Assembly (NCBI RefSeq): GCF_009914755.1
Contig: NC_060932.1
Strand: one strand, 5' to 3'
DNA: 64,000 nt
DNA from: the human T2T-CHM13v2.0 reference genome, Homo sapiens
Positions 1-20,519 of the stretch are shown here, piece after piece; position 1 is the stretch's first letter, and every line of letters starts with the position of its first letter. A program made the translations under genes and the position numbers. The notes under the pieces were generated by a model. That model was not told where the DNA came from. It made no database searches and saw only the letters and a list, made by a program, of their open reading frames with translations.

Positions 1-3132
<3,132 letters not shown>

Positions 3133-3876
3133 TGTTATTATATTACAGTATATTCAAAAATTATCAATTGACTAAAGACTAGTAAACAAAATTAATTACA
3201 TTAATAAATACAAATGAATTAAATATTGTCAATTTAAATGTTTATCAGTATCATTATTTATTGAGCTACATTTCACTGACCACAAATGGAAATTAACTGG
3301 ACATTTTCAACATTATGTTTGAATGCTCTAATCTGCACGAAATCATTTTCCCCAGGTGTCACCCCAAGGCAGTGATTAAAGACATTCTAGTAAAACTTAC
3401 TTTGGCAGTCTAAAATTAAAATGTCATTTCTATGGGTGAGAATAATTTTCTGCTAAATACAGCTTTCTGTCGGTAATGAGATGCTCAGTGAAGTATTTTA
3501 AACATTTTTAAAAGCAACCCAGAGCAAAAAGAGTATATGTTAGAATGATTTAGATAATAGAGAAAAGTGAGTGAGTGTGTGTGAGTGTGTGTATTTTTGC
3601 TCTTGGTTTCAAAGTGTCAGGAGAAATAACTATTATTAGTCACCAGCTATAATCAGATTTATATATTGCCAAAGGGCAATACAACAGTCATATTGGTGAA
3701 CATATATATCTTTTGAGGACCTATTCCCATATTTCTTTTTATTTTATTTTTCCTTAAGGAGCCTGCCTTTACATTAAAAAAAAATCTCTAATTTATTTTC
3801 ATTTTTCCACTAGATATTTTCAGTCTAATGGACTGAAGTTGAGTTTATTCACATTAGGAACATCTATTTTAATTGA

Positions 3877-4198
<322 letters not shown>

Positions 4199-4360
4199 TT
4201 GTTTTACTTTGTAAATTTTAAAACCTAAAAAAAAAAAATGCATTTTGAAATTACATGATTTTTAAAGCCATTATGCTTATCATTCCTTATTATATAAGAT
4301 AATGAGATATTTTATAAGAAATAGTGAATATTTTGTATACCTTAAGAACCAAGATTGCGT

Positions 4361-4662
4361 TCTTTTTTTATTATCATTATTACACTTTAAGTTCTAGGGT
4401 ATATGTGCACAACGTCCAGGTTTGTATGTATACATGTGCTAAGTTGGTGTGCCGCACCCATTAACTCATCATTTACATTAGGTATATTTCCTAATGCTAC
4501 CCCTCCCCCGTCCCTGCACCCCATGACAGGCCCCGGTGTGTGATGTTCCCCTTCCTGTGTCCAAGTGTTCTCATTGTTCAATTCCCACCTATGAGTGAGA
4601 ACATGTGGTGTTTGGTTTTTTTGTCCTTGCGATAGTTTGCTGAGAATGATGGTTTCCAGCTT
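4361..4662 (-). mobile_element. Short 5'-truncated L1PA 3' end (~300 bp)
   Basis: tttaagttctagggtatatgtgcacaacg ... gagaatgatggtttccagctt is the reverse complement of the L1PA 3'UTR. Confidence 0.93.
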
Positions 4663-5599
4663 TGTTTTATTTGCAGTTTTTATTTACAGTTTTTTTGCCG
4701 TTTATTTGCAGTTTTAGTAATTTCTATCTTATTTTCCATTGCTGATTTTAAAGAAAAAATTAGATCTCTACCACGTGCATCAGTTTTCTTTCTCTTTATT
4801 TCTTTCACACAAATGCTGCAATACAAGCCACATTGGCCCATCATAGGTTTAATGTCAAATTCAGTACATTATTTGGGTAATATTAGCTTCAGTTTTACCG
4901 CCAGCCATACAAACATCCTTTCTACTTTATGCAGTTAGTTAGCTAAGTATAATTAATTGAACTAAAGTGTCTTGCCAATGATTGGTTTCTCCAAATTCTT
5001 TCACCTTAAAGTATAACTGATTTAAACACACAGCTACCAATCCCTGATAGAGGCCCTTTTATCTTTTCCAAAAAAAAACTCTATGAAAACAAACAAAAAA
5101 ACATACAAACAAAACAATATGGAAAACTGAGACAGTCATTTAACTTATTTTTAAAATATAGAGATATTTTCCAATAACCACTGGAACTGATGGCATTAGA
5201 TTGAAAAATACAATGGTTGGCTTAAATTGTTTTAACCTCTGAAATGGAGCAATCTTACCCATCTGAAAGCAGATAGAAATCATTTTGGCTTTCTTGCTGT
5301 GGTTTTCTGTTAAAAAATATAAAGTCTAAACCAACTAAAATCCAGATTGCAATCTTTTCATTGCTAAGCTACTGCATATTATTACAGAGAAAGTAATACA
5401 AACCACTTCAGTGCTCCTCTTTCAGCATTCAATTAGAAATAAACACAGTACATTTAGTTCTTGGATTGGCATATATTACTGTAGGAGTTGTCTTAATCTT
5501 GAAACATTGAATAACAGAGAAGCAATTTAAAAATAATCATACCTAGAAATTTCCTAATTTAACACTAGAGAATTTAGATTGGAAAAGTATTACCTATGA

Positions 5600-7560
5600 T
5601 GATTACAGGTTTGGAAGCATCATAATGAAACTCAAAATATCAAGGACTTTTTTCTAAATTATGACAGTGAAACACATTATAAATTAAAAGATGGGTAAGA
5701 GAACCCAGTGGAAAGATAAATTCAAATTATGAATAGAAAGAACTAAAAAAATAATATTTTATGCCTGGCTAAAATATTATTCAAAAGTGAGGACATTTGC
5801 AAAGGCATAGCTATTAATACTTTCCCACACTGCCCACCTCTAAGAAATTTATTAAAGGAGTTCCTTAGGGAGAAGAAAAGTGAACAAAATAGAAGGTGAG
5901 AGATTTATGCAACATTACCAAACATGTGCATTGATAAATATGCCAGCTAACTGAATTAATCATTGTTATTTGAAATAACCTCTATATGTTTAAAATAACT
6001 CCTTTCCCTTCACCACGAAAAAATAATTGTCACCAGGTAGAATGTAGTGAGTAAGGAAAGTGTTTCAAATGTAACTGAAGTATGCTACATTTTTTTTTGT
6101 ACTTGGAAAAGGAATAGAAGTTGGAAAAACCTAAGCATTTTGTTAGGTAGATTGACGGCTATTTACCTAACTTCTTAATTTAAAGATAATTACTAAGAGA
6201 ATAACCATATTCCATTTTGTTTCAAAATGAGCCAGTAGCAATCAAAAGGTGTACCTCAAGAAAAATTATTCAGCCTAATAGATGTTAGGAAAGAGAAAAA
6301 GATGAAAGAAAGAGAGTAATACATAGAAATGCAAAAAAAGTGTATAGAAAATAACCAACAGACTTTAATAATCAATACAGGGATTAGATTTATAAATTTA
6401 AAATCCAACTACCTGCTCTTTGCAATTGATACAAGTAAAATAAATTCTTCAGGAAATAAAGGAAGGAAATGCACTATGTAAATATAGACCTAAGTAAAGC
6501 TAAATTATATATATATATATTAGAAAAAATAGATTTTAATGCAAAACACATCAATACAAACCTAAGAGCCTATATATTAATAAGAATAAAAAAAGAAAAG
6601 CAAAAATATATAAAAGACAACCTTTCCCAACAGCCTTTCTCTGGTCTTCACACAGCAAGTTTTAGCTATAATGTGTTATGTTGAATTGATATTATGGCTA
6701 TTTTTTATGTATTAGAGATCAATATTATCCTTCCAGTTTATCTGCTAATGTGATACATTGATTTTCAAGTATAATGTCAAAATTGTATTTCATAATAAAT
6801 TAAATTTGCTTTTGATGAGTTATTCTTACCTATAGTATAATTTGGTCTATATTTATTTATTTTAAAATCCCTTTACATCCATGTTCCTGGAAAATATAAA
6901 CCTCTAATTTTTTCTCCTAATATTTTTTTCAGATTTTCTGATAACTATTATTCTGGCCTTATGAAAAGTCATTTGTAGAAAAGATGTTCTAATTTTTAGA
7001 AGGTATATTAAAATCCACCTGGGTTTTGATTTCTCCCTAAGGGAAAGTTTGTAAGACATTCAATCCTTTGAAAAATACTTTCTAATTTTCTTTATGTCAC
7101 TTTTAAGTAGTGGTTTTAAGAGTTCATCCATTTGATCTGAATCTTAAAATTTATAGCAGGAAGTATATAAGACTACGTAATTATCATTTTACTACATATC
7201 ATAATTACTACATAATTATCTACATATCATAATTACTACATAATTACTACATAATATCATAATTACTACATAATTATCATAATACCTGCAACATCTAGTA
7301 ATACCATTTATTCTTAATTTTGGTAATTTGTGCTTTGTCACTTTTTTACAATTTTATTAATCTTCAAAAAACAATTTTGGCTTTGCTAATTTTCCATTTG
7401 TAGTTTTATTTTTTCTTTATTTATCTTCTTATGACTTTAATTCTGTTCAATGTATTTTTTTTATTTGTTGTTGGTCTTCTATCTCATTGAGATACATATT
7501 TAGATCAATGACTTCAACATTTTATGTATTTTTAAACTTACTTTTCTTCTTTTGTTTTAT
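5600..7560. mobile_element. Highly diverged old L1M fragments (plus-strand ORF1/ORF2-start-like part, then minus-strand part)
   Basis: Composition switches from A-rich to T-rich near 6.65 kb, with weak L1-like motifs (aatccaactacctgctctttgcaa; aaaaatagattttaatgcaaaa). Boundaries approximate. Confidence 0.45.
7172..7284. repeat. Degenerate minisatellite built from CATAATTACTA / CATATCATAAT units
   Basis: cataattactaca recurs at least four times, with interspersed atcataat variants. Confidence 0.85.
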
Positions 7561-7566
7561 GCTGGG

Positions 7567-7936
7567 TGTATTAGTCCATTTACATACCGCTATAAAGAAG
7601 TACCAGAGACTGGGTAATTTATAAATAAAAGAGATTTAATTGACTCACAGTTCTGCATGGCTGCGGAGGCTTCAGGAAACTTACAGTCATGGTGGAAGAT
7701 AAAGGAGAAGCAAGCACCCTTTTCACCTGAAGGCAGCAGGAGAGAGAGCGAGCACTCAGGGGAAACTGCCACTTTTAAAACCATCAGATCTAGTGAGAGC
7801 TCTCTCACTATCATGAGAACAGCATGCAGGAAACTGCCCCCATGATCTAATCACCTCCCACCAGGTCCCTCCCTTGATACATGGGGATTACAATTTGAGA
7901 TAAGATTTGGGTGGGGACACAGACCAAATCATATCA
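7567..7936 (-). mobile_element. MaLR solo LTR (THE1D/MSTA-like)
   Basis: tgtattagtcc...gagactgggtaatttata...ggtggggacacagaccaaatcatatca; 370 bp with TG...CA termini. Confidence 0.92.
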
Positions 7937-8059
7937 CTGAATATTTATATTATTTCATCTACTAGCTCCCTAGTCCTCTCACCTATTATGTTTAATTTGC
8001 TCTTTAAACACTCATTTGGCACTTAATTTCAGGGTTTTATTTAGATTTTTATTTGTAAG

Positions 8060-8540
8060 TTTAAGTTAACATTTCTTAATTGTATGTTATATTTTGAGAA
8101 AATTGAAAACTTACATTCAATTTTAAGAACTATAATGTCAAGATTAAATGTACTCTTCACCAAGTTTTCCCGAACGCTAATAGCTTGCAAAACTATAGTA
8201 CAGTATCACAATGAGGAAATATACATTGATATACATTACCAATATAGTCTACCAATCTTAATACATTTAATGCATAAAATGTTCCTTCACAACAAGGATC
8301 TTTCATACATCCCATTTATAACAACACCCAATTCCCACAGAGCCACTCCATCTGTAGCCCCTAGCAACCATTCATCTCTTGTCGAATTTTATTTTTATTT
8401 TTTTAGATTCAAGGGAATAAATAAAAGGAATCTTTACACTAATGTAGTCTTTTGGGGTTGACTTTTTTTTCACTCACCATGACTCCCCTGAGATCCATCC
8501 AAATTGCTGTGTTTTGTAGCTGTTAGCCTTTTTTTGTCTT
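8060..8540 (-). mobile_element. Old L1MC-type 3' end fragment
   Basis: gcaaaactatagtacagtatcacaatgaggaaatatacattgat resembles L1MC 3'UTR (recalled consensus). Confidence 0.55.
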
Positions 8541-10729
8541 GTTTATCCATTTTTTATTGAAGTTAAATACACATAACAATTTATTATCTTAACCATCTCT
8601 ATGTGTACAGTTCAGTGGTATTAAATACATTCATCATGTTGTGTCACCATCGCTATCAACCATGTCCATAACTCTTCACCATGTAAAACAGAAACTCTAT
8701 ACACATTAAACATTACCTCCCTATTTCCTGCTTCTCCCAGCCCCCTAGAAACCACCATTCCACCTCTCTCTCTATGATTTTGACTGCTCTTAAGAACTAA
8801 CATATAAATGGAATTATACAGTAGTTTTCCTTTTGTTACTGGCTTAAGTCACATAGCACAATGTTTTCAAGGTTCATCCATGCTGCAACATATGTTAGAA
8901 CATCCATCCACTTTCAGGCTGAATAATATTCTATTGTATGTGTACACCACACTTAGCTAACCCATTAATTTTTCCATGGACACCTGGATTGATTCCACGA
9001 AGCTATTGTGAGTAATGCTGCTATGAGCATGAGTATACAGATATCTTTTTGAGATCCTGCTTTTAATTCCCCTGAGTATACCCTGGAGTGGAACTCTTGG
9101 ACCACAAAGTAATTCAATTTTTAATTTTTGGGTGAACCCATATACTGTTTTTCATAGCAGCTATACCACTTTATATTCCCATCAGCAGTGAACAAGTGTT
9201 CCAATTTCTCCACATCTTTGTCAATGCTTATTAAATTCTGTGGGTTTTTTTGACAGTAGCCATCCTATCATGTGTGAGGTGGAATCTCATTGTAATTTTG
9301 ATTTACATCTCCCTTATGATTAGTGATGTTGAGCAACTCTTCAGGTACTAATTGGTAATTTGTATTCTTCTTTGAAAAAATTTCTATTCAAATCCTTTGC
9401 CCATTTTTGAATCAGGTTGTCTGATTTATTATGTTTGAATTATAGGAGCTCTGGATATTAATCTTTTGTCAGATATATGATTTGTGAGTATTTTTGCTGA
9501 TTCTGTGTGTTGCCTTCTTACTCTGTTAATCTTGTCTTTAGATGCAAATTTTTAAAATTTTCATAAAGTTCAATTTGACTACCTTTTATTTCCTGTGTAT
9601 TTTGTGTCAGATTAAAGAAATAATTGTCAAATCCAATATGATAAAGCTATTTTTTCTTATGTGAGTTTTATAGCTTAAAGTCCTACATTTAGGTCTTTGA
9701 TTTTTGAGTAATTTTAGTACAGGCTATTAAGTAAAGGCCAAATTTTATTCTTTTGAATGTGGATATTCAGATTTCTAAGCACCCTTTTTTGAAAAAGACT
9801 CTTTTGCTTATTGAATTGTCTTGGAACACTTGCCAAAACTCATTAGAACATATATGTAAGGGTTCATTTTGGGGTTCTCTATTGTATTTCATTACTCTAT
9901 ATATCTATCTTTGTGCCAGTATCACCCTATTTTTGATTACTGTAGCTTCGTAGTAGGTTTATAGAAATCAGGCAGTGTGAGTGCTCCACCTTTATTCCTT
10001 TTCTTCAACACTGTTTTGGCTATTCAGGGTTCCTTGAGATGCCAAATAAGTTTTAGAATAAGTTTTTCTATTTCTGTAAAAAACAGAACAAAACAAAAAA
10101 GAAACAGGCATTTTGATTTTTATAGGGATTGCATTTTATCTGTAGATGGCTTAGGGTAGATTTGACATTTTAACAATTTTAATTATTCCAATCCATTAAC
10201 ATGGGATATGTTTTCATTTACACATGCTGATTTAATTTTTTCATTTGTATTTTATAGTTTTCATAGTACAAGCCTTTACCTAGTTAAGTTTATGTCTAAG
10301 TATTTTATTTGTTCTGCTGTCACTGTAAACGGGATTATTTTCTTAGTTGTCTTTTCAGACATTTCATTGTTACTGTATAGAAAGACAACTGATTTTTTAT
10401 GTGTTCATTTCATATTCTACTATTTTGCTCAATTTATTTATTGGTTCTAAGTTTTTCTATGGAATCTTTGAGACTTTCTGTATGTAAGATTATATTATCT
10501 TTTAATAAATAATTTGACTTCCTCCCTTATAATTAAGATGTATTTTTGTCTAATTTTTCTGTTTACAGAACTGTTAGTACTATATTGAATAAAATAGTCA
10601 AGTGAGCACCCTTGTTTTCTTCCTAAATTTATGGGAAATTTTCAGTCTTTCATTTTTGAGCATGATTTTTTCTGTAGGTTTTTTGTACATGGCTTTTACT
10701 TTGTTAAAGTGGTTTCCCTCTAATACCAG

Positions 10730-11145
10730 TGTGTTAATCCATTTGCATTGCTCTAAAGGAATACCTGAGACGGGGTAATTTAGGAAAAAGAAGAGGCTTT
10801 TTATGGCTCATGGTTCTGCAGGCTGTACAGGAAGCATGGCACTGTATCCACTCCTGGTGAAGTCCTCAGGAAGCTTCCAATCATGGTGGAAGGCAAAGGG
10901 GGAGCCAGCATGTCACATGGTGAGCATGGGATCACCAGAGAGAGAAGGAAGTTCTAAGTTCTTTTAAACAACCAGATCTGATGTAAACACATAGAATGAG
11001 AACTCACTCAATTACAGTGAGGATGGCAACAAGACATTAATAAATGATGTACCTCTATGATCCAAGCTCTTTCCATCAGGCCCCACCTGTGACATTGGAG
11101 ATTACATTTCAACATTCAAAAGGGACAGACATACAAACTATATCA
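10730..11145 (-). mobile_element. MaLR solo LTR (MSTB-like) inserted in L1M
   Basis: tgtgttaatccatttgcattgct...gggacagacatacaaactatatca; 5-bp TSD accag/actag. Confidence 0.9.
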
Positions 11146-11880
11146 ACTAGTATGTTAAGTATTTTTACCACAAAAAGATAAACAAATTTTTCAGTTGATT
11201 TCCTGTATCAATTAGATATTCAAGGTTTTTTTCCTATAATTTTCTTAGCATGGTGTATTACATTAATCAATTTTCTTGTGGTGAAACATCCTTACATTCA
11301 AGGAGTGAATCTCACTTTGTCATGATTTATAATCCTTTTAATATGCAGCTAAATTTGGTTTGCTAGTATTTTGTTGACATTTTTGGTATTAATGTTGATA
11401 GGAGATATTGGTTTGTAGTTTTCTTGTAATATTTTTGTTTAGCTTTAGTGTCAGGGTAATGTTGGTCTCGTAGAATGAGTTAGAAGTGTTCATTCTTTTT
11501 CAGTTAGTGAAAACAGTGATAAGGATTGGTGTTAATTCTTTAAATATTTGGCAAAATTTACCAGTAAAAACATCAGGTCCAGGGGTTTTCTTGTTTGGAA
11601 AACTTTTAATTACTGATTCAATCTTCTTACTGTATATATCTATTGAGATTTCCTCTTACTTTGTGATTTCGTGTTGTAATTTTGTGTGTCTAGACATTTG
11701 TCTGTTTGGTCTAGACTATCCAATTTGTGACATACAAATTGTTCATAATATTCTCTTATAATCTTTTTACGATTTAAGTAGAATAGCTTATTTCTCAATT
11801 TTCATTTCTGATTTTAGTAATTTGAGTCATTCTTCTTTTTCCTTACTTAATCTAGCTGAAGCTTTGTCAATTTTGTAGAC

Positions 11881-13680
<1,800 letters not shown>

Positions 13681-16408
13681 TAGGTAATAAAGTTAGGTTG
13701 ATTATCTGAGAACTTGTTATTTTTTAATATAATCATTTATATCTATAAATCTCCCATTTTGCACTGTTTTGGCAGTATCTCATAAGTTTTGGTATGTTTG
13801 TGCTTTTTTCATGTCTATTTTCTAACTTCACTTGTGTTCTATTGTTTGATCCATTCATTGCTCAAAACTGTGTTAATTTCTACAATTTTGTAATTTTTTC
13901 AGCTTTACATCTATTATTGATATTTAAGCTCATCTCATTGTAATCAGAGGAGATACTTTGTATGATAGCTACGTTTTTAAGTCTATTGTAACTAAATTTG
14001 CTGCCTAACATATTTCTGAAAATTCCTCAGTACACTTGAGAAGAATGTGTATGCCGATGCTGTTGGATAGAGTGTTCTGTATATGTCTGTTAGATCTAGT
14101 GGGGTTACTGTGTTAGGTCCTGTATTTCCTTACCTACTTTGTATCTGTTTTTTCTATCCACTATTGAGTGTAGGGTATTGAATTCTCCAACTATTATTGT
14201 AGAAACTCCTATTTATACCTTCAGTGTGTGAGTTTTTGCTGGCTTTGATGATCTGTTATGAGGTGCATAAATGTTAATAATTATATCTTTCTATTTTACT
14301 ATTATTACTTGTAATATATAATATCATTTACCTATTATAACCTTTTAAATTTTAAAGTGAATTTTGGCTAATATTAATAAAGCCATCCATTACCCAATTT
14401 TGATTGCAATATTCTTGCAATATCATTTTCCATCCTCTCACTTTCAATCTATTTAAATCTTTGGATCTAAAGTGAGTCTCTTGTAGACAGTGTATAATTC
14501 GATCATTCTTTTAAATCCATTCTGCCAATCTTGATCTTACTATAAAAAGTTTAATTTATATTTAAAGTAGTTATTCATAAAGATGAATTTACTTGTCATT
14601 TTGCTGTTTATTTTTTATAATTCTTATAGCTCTTTTGTGCCTCATTTTCTACAGCTCTGCATTCTTTTTTGTTCAGCTGATTTTTTGTAAAAAAATGATT
14701 AAATTTCTTCTTTGTTTTTTGTATATATTCTATATTTATTTTCCTTGTGGTTACATGGGGATCATATTTAACATCCTAAGATTTTAACAACCACAAACTC
14801 TTTTGAGTTTATATGAGCTTTACTTCAGTAACATACAAAACTCTACTCCTTTAATAATTCTATTGCCATCCCTTTTAGTTGTAGTTTTCATACAATTATA
14901 AGTTTATATATTATACACCCCAAAACATAATAATTCTTTTAAACCAAAATTACAATAAGACTAGTATTTAGACTCATACATTTTTTAGTCTCTTACTCAT
15001 GTAGAAAGCAAAAAATGCAGTAACAAATAATTGCTACAACCATACAAGCTTATTATAATTTCCTATGTATTTGTCTTTATTTATTTCTTTATATAATTTT
15101 GAGTGACTGCATAGTGTCTTTTTATTTCACCTACAAGATTCCCTAGAGCATTTTCTTACAGGGCAAGTCTAGTGGTAATGAACCCCTTAAACTTTTGCTT
15201 ATCTAGGATGTCCCAATATTTCCCTTATTTTTGGATGGAGGAGAGTTTTGCTGGATATATAATTCTTGGTTGACAGCTTTTTTTTTCCTTTTAGAACTTT
15301 AAATATATCAGCCTGTTGTCTTCTAACCTCTAAAGCTTTTGATGAGAAATCTGTCTATAGTCTTACTGAGAACTCCTTGTATGTGATGAATTGCTTCTTT
15401 CTTTGTGATTTCAAGATTTTCTGTTTCTCTTTCAAAAGTTGGATTTTAATTTGTCTTGCTGTGGGTCTCTTTGAGTTCATCATAGTTGGTATATGTTGAG
15501 CTTCTTGGATGTTTATATTCATGATTTTGATAAAATTTGGGAAGTTTTCAGATATGATTTATTCAAATATTTTCTCAGTCCTTTTCTCTCTCCTCCTTCT
15601 AGAACTCCCACAATGCCTATGCTAGTTTGCTTGATGGTCCCTTAGACTCTGTTCTCTTTAATTTTTTTTTTCTGTTTCATTCTTATTTACAAATTTCTGA
15701 TGTTTACTCCCTTCATAGTCAAACTGGAAGTTGGAGTAATTTTTTTAGGATTTCTCTAATTTGACTGAAAATTCAATTTTTTAAAAAACTAAATCCAGTG
15801 AGACTTTCAAATCTTTGCTTAGCTTACCAGTCTCTTAGCTCTTCAACCTTCTGCTTTTAAGTGTACTTTCTTTCAGTACCTTCACTCTTTCTTTCCTGAC
15901 TGTCCTATATATATAAAACTAATAACTTCAATTATATATTTTCTTATTCACACTCTGTTGAGATAAACAACCTCTTAATTTTAAAAATATGTGTGTCTTA
16001 TCACTCTCTGCATCCTAAGGCATTTACAGAAAGGAAATGCCTAGAGAAAAAAAGGTACTATAGGTTGTTAACTTCTCTTCTTTATATTCTCCTTCTCTCT
16101 TGGATTTTATAATTTCAAGTACCAACTGCTGTGATAGTTTTCCAATGCTTTCAAATAGATGTTTTTGTATGTTTGTCCTGTACATTGAATTATTTATTCT
16201 AAAATAGCCTGTATCACCATGATTAAAACAGCAATATCACAGAAATAACTCTTGGGTAGCAGAAAACAAGGCAACAGCCCTGTGAAACGATTGAAATTGA
16301 AAATAGGATCTATTTCTCTCATAAAATGGGATACTAAAACTGGCGTATTCTCCTTCTGAGAATGATTTAAAAAAATAAATCAATCTTGACATTAACAAAG
16401 GGAATTAA

Positions 16409-16781
<373 letters not shown>

Positions 16782-19454
16782 AACATTTTAAAAATATGTT
16801 CCACCCTCCCTTTGTATTAAGGCCAAGTAAACCAAAAGCTAAGAAGTTAATGTAAAATTGTGTAAGTTTGGTGGTTTTATCTTCATGATTCAATTCAAGA
16901 AGATCAGGTTCCATATAGAAAAGAAATGTCTCTATTGGTCATTCAGTAGCAAATGAGTATTCGTATCCTCCTATTGAAAAAGCCAAAACTCAATTTCCAT
17001 TTATAAAAGCAGAAAGGTTATCTAATTGTCACAGATAAATTTGCTAAACCTAACTCATATTACATACTAAATAAAGCTTCATAATTCAAAGTCTACTGAT
17101 ATTTAGAAATCATTACAAGCTAATTAATTACAATATTTCTCAATATATAAAGGTTAGAAGATGAACATTAAGTGGAAAGAGGAAAGTTACTGAAGGTTAA
17201 GAGGAAGGGCTAACAAATCTGATGGCAAGAAATGAAACTCAAGAGCTTTGGGTGGTACTTATCATACAAGCTAAAATATATCCTATTTAAATTTTATGCA
17301 GCATAACACAGCTATTATTCATGAATATGGCCACAGTTTAACAAGAAACTGCATAGGCTTAATATATTTTAACATAATAGGGAATGCTAAATATAATTTA
17401 TTATGTGTACCATATGTAGGGTCTACAATGAAATAAGATAATAGGCTTAAAATTGCCCTTAAATTCAAGAATGTAAAAAGTTAACTTTTCTTGATTTCTT
17501 TTAATAAAACATATGAATCCAGATACCCCTTTTGATGTTCCAGTGTAAAGTTTTACCTCAGTCATTCTTGGGCTATCCACCCCTCTACCAGGGGTTGTAC
17601 TATGGTTGTAGGAACTTACATACACCAAGATTACCAGTAAAAAGAAGAGAGCCAATTAAGGCTTTAGACATTGTTCATCCATCTACACATGAATTTACAA
17701 AGATATCTATTCCAGGCTTTAACGTGGCCTATCAGGAATTGCTGCTCTCTGTGACTTCTCAACTGTTCTTGAGTTTCAGAAATCTTTGATGAGGCAGCCT
17801 AAACTTTTATCCCTCTAAATACACTGTACAGTTCTTTATTTTTTTTCCTAAAAGTTTGGTCCTAAGTCTCCTTTGCTCTTTCTCACTCTTTTCTCCCAGC
17901 TGCCACCCAGGGATTTATTTGCAGTTAGGATTAATATCTGGATTTGGAAAGTCTGCTTTTTTCTATTGTTTATGTCCAACACACTTTGCCTCTGCCTAAA
18001 AATGGCCTTTCCCAAAAGGAACACAAAGCTGTAAAGACTGTCTTTTGCTATTATTAAATCTTTCTTTGAACAAATGTGTCTTTCTATTGACTGAGAGTGA
18101 AGGAGAAAGGGGAAGAAAGGAAGAAAAGTGAAGTTTCATGCACAAATATGTTACTTTTGACTAAACTACTGCAATATCATATATTGCTTCATCGATGTAG
18201 AAGAAAAGAGATAGGCACTAGGTATTTGTATTCGATATTATGTAACGTTTGACATTTGATGACAGATATTTTGAAAGTTCTTAAGAACACAATAGAGCAA
18301 TGAGCAATTTTTCTTTTTTGTCGTCTTCTCTTTTTTGATTGCTTATTAAATAATTGTATTAATTTTTTTCTTGTAAAGATTGATCATCCTAAATATAATA
18401 CTGGGAAAATGACCACAAATAAAATCATAAAGAATTAATTTTACTTTATTGTATTACAAGATGTATTTCAATTTATGTTAACAATTTGAAATAAGTACAC
18501 ATAAATCACTTGATAGCGTCATCACAAATGCAGTCATACTGCCTTTGATAGAAGTGCCACACAATGTGACTCTAACACATTGGCATCTGAGTATAAATTC
18601 AAGACACTAAAATAAGAAGCATTATTTTTTCCACTTAGAAAATAGTTCATTCAATTAAGTCCCCAAGGAGAAAAGGAAATACACATGAAGCCCAATTTTC
18701 AAACAAATCTCTAGTGGGTTTGCAGAATTTCTAAAGTTAAAAACTCCTTTCCAATCGACAACCAACTGTCTTCTATAGGATAGTTCTGTGTCTGAACTTA
18801 AAAGTTCCAGAAAGTTAAAAAGATATAGCGGAAGGTTCGTATTGCTGTGGTACTTCTTTAAAAAATAAAAAAAAACAAATAATAAGTATATAGATCTTCA
18901 GTTCAAAATTTAAAAAATGAAATTTCTGTATGTTTTAATATTGAAACCACAATGTTATAACTCAATGTTTATTATAATATTTACAAGTAAAGGTATTATT
19001 TTTCTGACTTCATATATTTTTAAGCAAATTAAAACCAAAATTTAATTTTGGGGACTTTGACAGAATCTTTTTGCCAACCACTTATCTTTCTATTAACCCT
19101 TAAAAAGACACATATTTTACCTATTCCCTGAAAACACTGGCTTTTCCACCTGGTATAGGTACACAACTCTCAGTTTATTTTATTTTTCTAAGAATTACTT
19201 AATTTTCCATTGTGATTTATTTACTATTCTTTTAGCCTCGCATCCTTCCCAGAAGGCTAGGTAGTATTTAGCTGAACATTCAAAACATGAATAAATTCAT
19301 TCTTCATTTCTCTATATTTTTCTGTAGCAATTTACTAGTACTATTTTATTATCACCACTTACCCATTTCTTGCTATTTGTTTAGTAAATGCTTACCAAAT
19401 GTTATTAAAGTACTCAAAATAATAGGTTAAAAAATCACAATTGCATATATACCT

Positions 19455-19900
19455 TTTCCAGATTACAATAATAGTCTCAATGTTTTACCCCACTCTTTTT
19501 CTATTCCCTTCAGCGTGTATCTTTGTAGTTCCTCCTACAAAGTGGGGCAGAACTGTTTCTTCACCCTTTGACTTGGAGTTCTGCTATAATTTGTTTGGGA
19601 ACCATAAAATGAGTTCCTCTCATCCTCTTGCACTATAAATCTCCCATTGTCATATGAGTGGCATGGCCAGGCTTACTGGCTCATGCCAGAGAAGGATAAG
19701 GAACATGTAACACAGTGATGAATCAGTCCATCAAAATCCAGATTTGGCCAGCTAATAACCAACAGAGGTCAGCAGAAGTTTCGCCTAGTTCAACCTCAAT
19801 CAGCTGAACTCAGTAGATACATAAGAAATAATATTTATTGTTGTTTTAAGCAACTGAATTTTGGTGTTGCTTGTAATATATATATGGCATTAGCTCATCT
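19455..19900 (+). mobile_element. Old MLT1-type (ERVL-MaLR) LTR
   Basis: 3' motif aataatatttattgttgttttaagcaactgaattttggtgttgcttgta is typical of MLT1. Boundaries approximate. Confidence 0.6.
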
Positions 19901-20519
19901 AGGCACTATCTTTGTGAAACTTGTATATTGAGGAAGTAATGTTAGCACCCACAAGCTGAAGAAAATATGAGAAAAATAAAAAACCCTATAATCCTTCTAC
20001 TGTGTCAGTATTTTTAAATTTCATTAAGTGTGGTTTATTACATTGATTTAATTTTTTTCTGACATAAGACTTTGGCATGTCCTCAGTGTAATGTAGAAAA
20101 AAAGTTCAAAATTAGTCAATATTACAATGACCATGTAAATGTGGTAAGCACATTTAATCATCACATAATTCTTTTGAGATAGAAATTCTTAAGGATTATT
20201 TACTTTACATGTGTGAAACTGAGGCATTAGAGTTTGATTAATTACAGATCAAATATTGATATAATCATAGATTGCGACCTAAACTTTCTGAAACCATTTC
20301 TCATATAGGCGGTTTTGTGTGTGCGTATATACACACTCACAACTAAAAGAACAAAAGATTCTCTCTAAACATATACAAAACCATGTGTGTGTGGGCATGT
20401 ATGTATTTTCTCACATTCAACGTCATCCAGAATCTTTTGATAATCATTCTCTTGATTTACACCTTACAGAGTGCACTTTTTATCATATATTCCTAAATAA
20501 CTGTTTTAAGTTTTCTTTT

